Virus record (IMG/VR): IMGVR_UViG_3300009370_001552
Span: 13,341-77,340 of that record
DNA: 64,000 bases
Origin: a virus
Lineage: Duplodnaviria; Caudoviricetes
Reading direction: 5' to 3' (one strand)
A program made the translations under genes and the position numbers. Of this stretch, positions 30,330 to 37,852 are shown piece by piece (the stretch's first letter is position 1; each line of letters opens with the position of its first letter). The notes below the pieces were generated by a model. That model made no database searches. It saw only the letters and a program-made list of their open reading frames with translations, and was not told where the DNA came from.

Positions 30330-30956
30330 CTATCTACTTATAAATATCCCATTATTAAATATATTGTCTAATACTGTGAATCTGTTTTTCGTCTTATATT
30401 CAATATACTCTAACTTAATCTCTGCAAATAAACTTTCTTCAATATAATTTCTAGCGGTCGGACCTGAAACATAAGTATCTCCACCAAGTTGATTAACAAC
30501 TTGTATAATTTTTTCAGTTGGATTACCACTTAATTTAAAATTTTCTGAATAATAAAATTCTGTATCTATGCCTAATGTTCTTGATATTTTTTCAATAGTA
30601 TATCTATTCAATTTATAAAGGTATTCCCAATCTAATAAATAAAAATCTAACAAATGTTTATACTGACTAAAATATTTAGATTTAGAGTAATATTGATAAA
30701 AACTTTTATAGTGTTTCCTCTTCCAATTTATTTCATTACAAATTTTTATATCAATAATATTTGTTTTAAGTTTTTGTCTTTGTATTGGAACAGACAACCA
30801 TAGATTATCATTATCAGTTTTAATTTTATTTCTTGTTCTCCAATCCTGTTTTGTAAACTGTACATTATCATAAAACACAAACTTATCAACCGAATCGATT
30901 AATTCAAATACCCCCGTCCAAGGTAAATAATTACTCTGTAATATTGCTATTTTCAT
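30330..30956 (-). CDS. WbqC-like protein
   Basis: ILQSNYLPW.G.F, DNVQFTKQDWRTRNKI, YVSGP; start moved to MKIAIL. Confidence 0.9.
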   Translation of the reverse strand: MKIAILQSNYLPWTGVFELIDSVDKFVFYDNVQFTKQDWRTRNKIKTDNDNLWLSVPIQRQKLKTNIIDIKICNEINWKRKHYKSFYQYYSKSKYFSQYKHLLDFYLLDWEYLYKLNRYTIEKISRTLGIDTEFYYSENFKLSGNPTEKIIQVVNQLGGDTYVSGPTARNYIEESLFAEIKLEYIEYKTKNRFTVLDNIFNNGIFISR

Positions 30957-31792
30957 CTCCAATACTCTTCGTGTAACCAATCATCAGACTGATGAAAATA
31001 ATCCTTTACTTTTTCTGATACCCCATTTTGTATAGTTCCAATTTTTTTAGATTCCTCATCTACCAATCTTAACAAATCATCATCAGACTTATAATGTAAG
31101 AAGTTTGGTGCACCTTCAGTATTAATAGTAATTGTATTTCTACCCATCACTCCCAATTTCCAAGAAGTTACTGTTCCTCTTATTTTATGTTGTTTGATAT
31201 TAACAAAACTTTGATTAAAATATGGTAATATATGATATGTCGGTATCCATTGAAAACGTTGAAGTTGTAGATCCAACTTCTTTGGAAAACAAAACATATC
31301 TTCACCAAATAATTTCATTAATTTTTCATACTGAAACATATTCTCGAAATTTTTACCCCATTCACCATCTTTTTCTCTCAATGGTATATGAGAATAAATC
31401 TTATCACCAAGTTTTGTCGGTAAATATCTATCAAAATCAAAATATGGTACTTTTAAATGTTTATAAGGTAATTTTAATGCCTTACATGCATCAACTTCCC
31501 AATCATCTACTGCTACCAAATTTAAACTTTCTTTATCTATTCTATTAAACTGACCACCACTATATTCTGCTGCCCCACACAATAAAACTTTAAATCCTTT
31601 ATGATTATTATAAGTTTCTGTATCAACAGAACTCTTTTTAGGCCGTTTTTTATTACCGTCCCAATCAAAATATAAACCATAAAAAACTGCAGGTTCTTCT
31701 GGATTATCATATTTTCTCAAATTCCAACAGTCTAAAAATTCATGTCTGAATTGTGATAATGATGGTGAAACATATGCCTGTTCTATTCTCAT
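30953..31792 (-). CDS. Hypothetical protein, probable glycosyltransferase-fold
   Basis: Cluster context; KLGVMGRNTI resembles a GT-B C-terminal element. Confidence 0.45.
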   Translation of the reverse strand: MRIEQAYVSPSLSQFRHEFLDCWNLRKYDNPEEPAVFYGLYFDWDGNKKRPKKSSVDTETYNNHKGFKVLLCGAAEYSGGQFNRIDKESLNLVAVDDWEVDACKALKLPYKHLKVPYFDFDRYLPTKLGDKIYSHIPLREKDGEWGKNFENMFQYEKLMKLFGEDMFCFPKKLDLQLQRFQWIPTYHILPYFNQSFVNIKQHKIRGTVTSWKLGVMGRNTITINTEGAPNFLHYKSDDDLLRLVDEESKKIGTIQNGVSEKVKDYFHQSDDWLHEEYWR

Positions 31793-33096
31793 TTTAATTT
31801 GTCTATATTTTTATAATCCTCATCATCCCATATACTACTATACAAATGAATTCCATAAGAATCTAATTTATATTCAAATATATCTTTATATAACTCCCAA
31901 TCAACTGGACAATAACATTTCTTTGGTAAAACATACTCTTTTAATTCATATTCTATAACTAACTTAGTAAACAAATCTGGTCCCAATCCACCATGTGAAA
32001 CAGAAGTTGACTTTAAAGAATCTATCCAATCAATCCAATCCTCAAATATTTGTTCTTCTTTATCCTGAACATATATTAAACAAGTACCAACATGATAATC
32101 AGATAATTTATGACCCTGTTCTGTAAATACAAATCTCTCAGTAAAATTTTGTGGTTGTATACATAAAACATCTAAATCAACATACAATCCACTCAACTTA
32201 TAAAGTAAGTGTGCTCTAAATAAATTTGAAAAAGCTACAGGAGTATTTTTTGTATGTCCTTTTGTATAAGTAAAATATTGGTCAAGTGAAACTATATCAT
32301 TTGCATTCTTTACAACTACACCGTTGGGAACTTCTATATCATCATATAACCAAAGATGAAATTCATATCCATTCTTTATCCACGAATTAATACATAACTT
32401 TTCAAGATCACCTAACTCTGAACCATACCAAAATCCGTTAGCTTTTGGTCGTCTAAAGTGTGCAAAATAAGGACGACTTCTTTTGTGTCTATATGGCAAA
32501 GGTTCATCAGGTATATCTATCCCTAAAAATGGACACAATTTATCATATCCATCTCCACCACAAATATCTAAAACTAAAAGTTCATCTGGTTTATCCTTGA
32601 AAAAATCTAATACTCTTTTTGTATGTTTCCGATGATAATCTCTCTCTGACTTTTCATCAAAATCTTCCCAATTACCCTCTTTTCTCGTTTCTTCAGATAA
32701 TTGAGATCTATGTCGTTTATTACTTTCTACCCAATCATCTTCATTTCTTGTATTAAATATAAACTTTGCATTTGGATAATTTTTATAAAGTGTTTCAAAA
32801 TTATCAGATATCCAATTAGTGTCTAAATACACAACCCACTGGTTTAATAACTTATCACCAAGTCTGTCAAATTCTTCTGATAAATCCTTTGTTTGGTCTG
32901 TTATTCCCATTAAATCATAATTTTGTCTTTCTCTGGTTGCACCGCCACCGTGAATAACTTTGCCTTCATATCCTAAGATATCCCAAAATAGATGTAATAA
33001 AGAAACTGTTCCAGTTTTGTTAAATCCTATGAAAAATATCTTAAAAGATTTTCTTCTTGCAAGAGTAATTTTATCTAAAGTTTCTTCCATATCCAA
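31789..33096 (-). CDS. Sulfotransferase - GT32 (DxD) glycosyltransferase fusion
   Basis: N: IFFIGFNKTGT, GDGYDKLCPFLG; C: FWYGS.L, SNLFR..LLY..GLYVDLDV, GLGP. Confidence 0.85.
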   Translation of the reverse strand: MDMEETLDKITLARRKSFKIFFIGFNKTGTVSLLHLFWDILGYEGKVIHGGGATRERQNYDLMGITDQTKDLSEEFDRLGDKLLNQWVVYLDTNWISDNFETLYKNYPNAKFIFNTRNEDDWVESNKRHRSQLSEETRKEGNWEDFDEKSERDYHRKHTKRVLDFFKDKPDELLVLDICGGDGYDKLCPFLGIDIPDEPLPYRHKRSRPYFAHFRRPKANGFWYGSELGDLEKLCINSWIKNGYEFHLWLYDDIEVPNGVVVKNANDIVSLDQYFTYTKGHTKNTPVAFSNLFRAHLLYKLSGLYVDLDVLCIQPQNFTERFVFTEQGHKLSDYHVGTCLIYVQDKEEQIFEDWIDWIDSLKSTSVSHGGLGPDLFTKLVIEYELKEYVLPKKCYCPVDWELYKDIFEYKLDSYGIHLYSSIWDDEDYKNIDKLK

Positions 33097-34295
33097 ATCG
33101 GTTCTCCAAATTTTTTATCATCTTTATTTTCAAGAGATTTTTCTGTCCATACAGAACCTTCATAAGTTTTTGCCGTTCCTGCCCCACCACTATTTGGTCG
33201 TTTAGCCATTTCCATTCCAATACAACCTTGATACTCTCCTAACTTAGATAGATAGTCATTCATTGGATTACAAATCTCTAACCAACCCCTATCGGTTGAC
33301 CATTTAGAATTTGTATAAACATCACTAATATTTACCAATAAATATCCACCACTCTTAATACTGCCCCATAAGTTACCCAAGGTCGTCTGTAAGAAATCTT
33401 TGTTCCAATCGTTTATATCTTTGTATCTAACCCAACTCTGTGTGTCGTCATAACTATAACGCTCTACGCTAAAGTATGGTGGACTTGTAAATACTACATC
33501 AAAGTAATTTTCATAGTTAGAATAATCAAAATCTTCTGCTGGCTCACAATAAAAATCACACTTTCTTTCATGTTCAAAAAATCCCAAGTGTTTCTCGTAA
33601 AACTCTGATTGTTCTTTGTATATTGGATGATTTTCTTTTCTTGGGTCTAAACCTACATAATGTTTTCCATATTCACTTGCATAAAATCCTGCTAATCTAT
33701 CTCCCCAACCAGCACTAAAATCAAGTATGGTTTCTGCCTTTAACATATCATAAATTGCCTTTGCAACATTTGGTTTGAACTGGGAACAGATATATTTTCG
33801 TAATGCCAACATCACCCGTAAAGTTGATTTATCTATCTTTGGAACTTTGAGTGAATATGCACTTCCCATTAGTGAAGTCATGAACTTTAAACTTCCCCAA
33901 GTTCGTTTTGGACCAGGTGATACTGAACCATCTACCGACCATCTGTTTTCTATTTGAAAATAATTACTACAAGTGTTTCCTACATTTAATCGTTTAAACA
34001 TTAACTGTTTTCCATCATAATTCAAATTATAACTATACTTTGTGCCTTCTCTTGCATACCACTCATCTTCTACAAGTATTTCATTCCATTTAGTTGCTTT
34101 TAATTTTTGAAAGTCTCTCCAAGCACCCTTTTCTGTTAAGTCTGGGTATGGTAGTTCATAGGTCATTGCGACGGTTGCAAGACTTTCCTTTACATCATCT
34201 TTTTCAAACGTTTCCTTTATGTAAGTCCAATCCTTTTCTTCTATGAATAGGTATGGATCCATATTGTAAAACTTATCAAAATAATCTAAATACAT
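33075..34295 (-). CDS. SAM-dependent DNA methyltransferase-like protein
   Basis: LDFSAGWGDRLAG and FTSPPYF; paralog of 8918-9997. Confidence 0.75.
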   Translation of the reverse strand: MYLDYFDKFYNMDPYLFIEEKDWTYIKETFEKDDVKESLATVAMTYELPYPDLTEKGAWRDFQKLKATKWNEILVEDEWYAREGTKYSYNLNYDGKQLMFKRLNVGNTCSNYFQIENRWSVDGSVSPGPKRTWGSLKFMTSLMGSAYSLKVPKIDKSTLRVMLALRKYICSQFKPNVAKAIYDMLKAETILDFSAGWGDRLAGFYASEYGKHYVGLDPRKENHPIYKEQSEFYEKHLGFFEHERKCDFYCEPAEDFDYSNYENYFDVVFTSPPYFSVERYSYDDTQSWVRYKDINDWNKDFLQTTLGNLWGSIKSGGYLLVNISDVYTNSKWSTDRGWLEICNPMNDYLSKLGEYQGCIGMEMAKRPNSGGAGTAKTYEGSVWTEKSLENKDDKKFGEPIWIWKKL

Positions 34296-34298
34296 AAT

Positions 34299-35276
34299 CT
34301 AAAAAAATCCATGTTTAACTGTTTCTGTTTTTCTTCTCATTTCCCTATCAAGTATTTTTTCATATTCACTTTTATGCCATTTGATTGGTTCTATATAACT
34401 TAAATCATATTCTTTTATACCAACGTCCCAAAATAAAACCTTTTCGGATGGTTCTATATTCTTTATCATCCAATCCCATGCCTTTGCTTCATAAGTTTGG
34501 TCAAGTGGTAATGTGTAATCAAGTTTAAGTTTATGTTGGTATGGATATTCACTTGGAACTATATTTAATTTTCCATCAAACTGTTCTTCTGGTAAAAACT
34601 TATCATACCACATCTTTTTATTCTTATTTATATAATCACTTAATGCTACAGCGTAAATATTCTTTACGTTATTATTAAATAATTTACACCCTACCGCCAC
34701 TCCAAGTGCAGATAATCCACTTCCGGCAATAACCACAATCGTTTCTACATTATCTGGTACATTGTTAACTTGATTTGAAACTGTCCGTATAACATTACGA
34801 CCATTCATTCCAAACTTTATTTGAAAATATCCAGTCTCTTCTACAAGTCGTTTAGCATCCATTTCTGGTCCAGATATGTTAGGGTTTCCTACACCATATA
34901 CTTTAGCTCCAAATTTTTGAGCTAACGATACATTTACTCTATAACTATCTTTAATATGGCCTGGATAATATGGTACTGTCACCAAACATTTTAATCCAAA
35001 ATACTTAGCAACGGCAGATGTAATAGCACTTTGAGGTGACGGAATACCAGCTGCCGTAAGTATTCCGCCATTGCAATTCTCTCTTATATGATCTAAATTA
35101 TCATAGACAAGTTTAGAACATTGGCGAACTTTTCCACCTGAAACTTCTCCAAGATTGAAATAATCATCCCGTTTAACTTTGTATCCGTGGTGATATTCAA
35201 TCGGCGTTAAATCAGATTGCCAAGTCCTAAAATGGTTTTCTGTAAAAGTTGGGAAATTGTCAAGTCTAATTGACAT
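34299..35276 (-). CDS. PLP-dependent fold-type II enzyme (ACC deaminase/D-cysteine desulfhydrase-like)
   Basis: LTPI...VKRDD...GGKVR (PLP Lys), AGSGLS; start moved to MSIRL. Confidence 0.75.
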   Translation of the reverse strand: MSIRLDNFPTFTENHFRTWQSDLTPIEYHHGYKVKRDDYFNLGEVSGGKVRQCSKLVYDNLDHIRENCNGGILTAAGIPSPQSAITSAVAKYFGLKCLVTVPYYPGHIKDSYRVNVSLAQKFGAKVYGVGNPNISGPEMDAKRLVEETGYFQIKFGMNGRNVIRTVSNQVNNVPDNVETIVVIAGSGLSALGVAVGCKLFNNNVKNIYAVALSDYINKNKKMWYDKFLPEEQFDGKLNIVPSEYPYQHKLKLDYTLPLDQTYEAKAWDWMIKNIEPSEKVLFWDVGIKEYDLSYIEPIKWHKSEYEKILDREMRRKTETVKHGFF

Positions 35277-35985
35277 CCTGAACTGCCACGAGGTAATACG
35301 TAGCATCGTATTCGTCTACTTTAAAATTGATCCGTGATAATCCTTGTTCACTTACTTCAAGCGTAGCACTTTCACATTCCTTATTTGCAGTCAATACATC
35401 CTTAAACAGAGTAGCATTAAATGAAACTTTATCAATATCTTCATATTCTTCAGTTTCTACTGGAATTGTAACTCTGTTTGTATTAATTGACGAATAACCT
35501 ATAACCAATTTTGTATCACCATTATCAGTAATTACAGTAAAAGTATCCGTATCTGGTAATGCTGATTTACCATTGATAAACCTAACAATAAAGTTAGTAT
35601 CCACTTTAATCTTCAACTGAAACTCTGGAAGTTTTTTCAATGCTGGTGGTTGGTTAATTACTGATTTATCCGACAACATAAAATTGACTTTAGAATGTTT
35701 ATCCGACACTTCTAATGCAATTGCTTTATCACCGGCTTGAGTTAAATTAAGTGTTACATCATCATCTAAAACTCCCAATAATCTACTAAATTGTTCTGTA
35801 TCATATACTCCCAACTCTGCATCTTGAAAAGTCCAACTATTCATTGATAATTCACCAAGCATTGCTTTATCTCCAGTAATAAAACGGGTACTTAATGTAT
35901 CATCGTTACTGTTTATAACTACCGCATTTACATTACCACCCAAATGGTATTTGTCTATAAAACGGGTTAATTTGTGTTTATTCAT
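35266..35985 (-). CDS. DNA polymerase sliding clamp (gp45-like)
   Basis: Size, two-lobed beta pattern, GLSRINF...YYLV C-terminus; adjacent to PolB. Confidence 0.7.
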   Translation of the reverse strand: MNKHKLTRFIDKYHLGGNVNAVVINSNDDTLSTRFITGDKAMLGELSMNSWTFQDAELGVYDTEQFSRLLGVLDDDVTLNLTQAGDKAIALEVSDKHSKVNFMLSDKSVINQPPALKKLPEFQLKIKVDTNFIVRFINGKSALPDTDTFTVITDNGDTKLVIGYSSINTNRVTIPVETEEYEDIDKVSFNATLFKDVLTANKECESATLEVSEQGLSRINFKVDEYDATYYLVAVQDVN

Positions 35986-36018
35986 TTACTATTCTCCTAT
36001 TGTTTAATCTGTATATAC

Positions 36019-36028
36019 ATATATATCA
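36019..36028 (-). promoter_or_regulatory. Putative phage promoter motif TGATATATAT
   Basis: Upstream of clamp gene; TGATATATATGTATATAC. Confidence 0.45.
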
Positions 36029-36044
36029 GTTTTATTATTCAAAA

Positions 36045-36961
36045 TTAAAAAAATCTTTCCAGACTTTGCTCTTCATCTACCGGTGATCCCCAGTCTAAAC
36101 ACTCATAAAATAAATTGAGTTTTTTAGTGAGTGCCCTATCATATATCTTGTCGTAATCCATATTTTCCTTAATAAACTGCATAATTTCTGGTGGATCTTC
36201 ATAACCTTTATATGCCACTACTGTTAATCCAAGTGGATTATTCTTTAGATACACCCATCGTATTTTATCTCCATTACTAATAAACCCATATTTTTTATCT
36301 CGTTTATAGTATCGTAGTAAATCATTATAACTTACTGATGCTCTTACATGAACTGGAATACCTTTCTTTAATACTGTAAATACTGATGAGTTTTTATTGT
36401 CCTTTTTAATATATTTCCACATTCCCTTTACACCAGTTGGAGACGATATTTCATCCAAATCTTTTAATCTCATATTTTTCTTAAATCTGGTTATTCTATG
36501 GTCTATTTTATCTCGTGGAACACTTGCCAAAATATCTTCCAATACATCACTTAATAACTGTCTAAATGCTGGTGCGAAATTACTACGCACCGTATCCAAT
36601 CCCTTTACCATAGTCTTGTTTACCTGAACTCCATTATCACTAATGATTTTCATACCATATCGTTTCTTGGTAATAAATAAACCGGACTTTGCTATAATTT
36701 CCTGTTTAATCTCAAATCTGTGTTTATCTAAATTACAAAACTTCTTTGCAAAATAATCATATGAATTATTTAAATATTCTTGAACTTCGGTTGCTATTTC
36801 ATTTATTCGTTGTGCCATCATTACATCACTCATTTCCTTACCCTTAAATCTATGGTTAATGAGTTTTAGTGCTGATACGAAAATGGAGTCAGTCAGGTGT
36901 CAATATAGATCACATGATCCATATTGACATTAGGCAGCCTCCTTATTTTTTTTATTTTCAT
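36045..36961 (-). CDS. polB: Family B DNA polymerase, C-terminal subunit with 5-nt coding gap in motif C
   Basis: ATG 36961 (AAGGA upstream) gives MKIKKIRRLPNVNMDHVIYIDT then TGA; shifted frame resumes TDSIFVSA... in frame with ORF 36045-36833 (KKRY, KGLDTVR, VRWVYL-like thumb motifs). Confidence 0.8.
36898..36929 (-). promoter_or_regulatory. 14-bp mRNA stem-loop immediately 5' of the coding gap
   Basis: UGUCAAUAUGGAUC-AUGU-GAUCUAUAUUGACA, one G-U pair. Confidence 0.7.
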
Positions 36962-36962
36962 T

Positions 36963-37796
36963 CTATTCCTTAATTTCTATAAATTTACAACCAAGATGGT
37001 CTATTATTTCTTGTTTTCTTCTTTCATCTCGTTCTACTTGTTTTTTATGGAATGGTTCATAATACTCTATAACCACGTTTTTTTCTTTATCATAACCATC
37101 TACAAAATATCCCAATTCTTTAATGTGATATTCACCACCGTTTTCAGCGTGTTGGAAATTGTATCCGTTTTCTTTTCCGTATTGTTCTATTAGTTTACAG
37201 GCTTCTGGGTTATATCCAGGCATCATTTGTCCACCATTAAAAACATTTCTCTCAATTCTCTTAATTGCAGATTTTCTCATTCTCCGCAATTCCTCCGTTC
37301 TCTTCGGGCGTTTATAGTTTCCACTATCTTCACCAGTCCGGATTTTTAATTTACTTACCTCTTTATTCATTTCATCTGCAATTTCAACACCAAACTTATC
37401 TACCCATACCTGGTAATAACTGCTACCATAATTTCCATTCCGTTCTCCACTCGCACCACGAGATTTGTTAAACTCATCAAATTGTTCTTTAGTCCAACCA
37501 TACTTCTTTTTCTTATATTCAAATGAGTTGGAATGTGCTTGTTTTTCTCTATATTCATCCCATTTGATTTTTCCATCTATTTCACCGTGTTTTTTAATCA
37601 TATTCTCTAAAGTATTAACTCGTTTACTTTGATATTTAATTTTAGCAACTTTAGCTTCATCTAAATCCATTCCCTTAAATATAGTAAAGTATTCTATTGT
37701 TCCAGGTACTCTACTCAATCTCATTTTTTCAGCTTCTTCTTTTTCATAACCTTTGCCTAACCAATGTTGTAGTGTTCTAGCACTTCCTCTACTCAT
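36963..37796 (-). CDS. Free-standing Vsr-like homing endonuclease between polB halves
   Basis: YFVDGYDKEKNVVIEYYEPFH core, shared with 2739-3434. Confidence 0.8.
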   Translation of the reverse strand: MSRGSARTLQHWLGKGYEKEEAEKMRLSRVPGTIEYFTIFKGMDLDEAKVAKIKYQSKRVNTLENMIKKHGEIDGKIKWDEYREKQAHSNSFEYKKKKYGWTKEQFDEFNKSRGASGERNGNYGSSYYQVWVDKFGVEIADEMNKEVSKLKIRTGEDSGNYKRPKRTEELRRMRKSAIKRIERNVFNGGQMMPGYNPEACKLIEQYGKENGYNFQHAENGGEYHIKELGYFVDGYDKEKNVVIEYYEPFHKKQVERDERRKQEIIDHLGCKFIEIKE

Positions 37797-37816
37797 AATT
37801 TTTCTCCGTTAAGTTT

Positions 37817-37842
37817 TATATAGACACATCTGTATCTATATA
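37817..37842 (-). promoter_or_regulatory. Hairpin/operator-like copy of the polB YIDTD-coding site
   Basis: TAT ATA GAT ACA GAT out of frame after the polB-N stop; folds as an 11-bp stem with AGAU loop. Confidence 0.5.
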
Positions 37843-37849
37843 TAAATAT
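37842..37849 (-). promoter_or_regulatory. Putative phage promoter motif ATATTTAT
   Basis: TGATATTTAT upstream of the polB endonuclease. Confidence 0.45.
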
Positions 37850-37852
37850 CAC

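Noticed and set aside
36893-36895. Genome-wide stop-codon reassignment explaining the TGA in polB-C
   Set aside because: Readthrough stays in the wrong frame and stops again; TAA, TAG and TGA all end genes normally elsewhere.
36894-37834. Canonical group I intron in polB
   Set aside because: Splice-site-like U-G and terminal G exist, but there is no room for a P3-P8 core outside the ORF, the 5' exon is out of frame, and DHVIYIDT is clearly coding. Kept only as an alternative to test.
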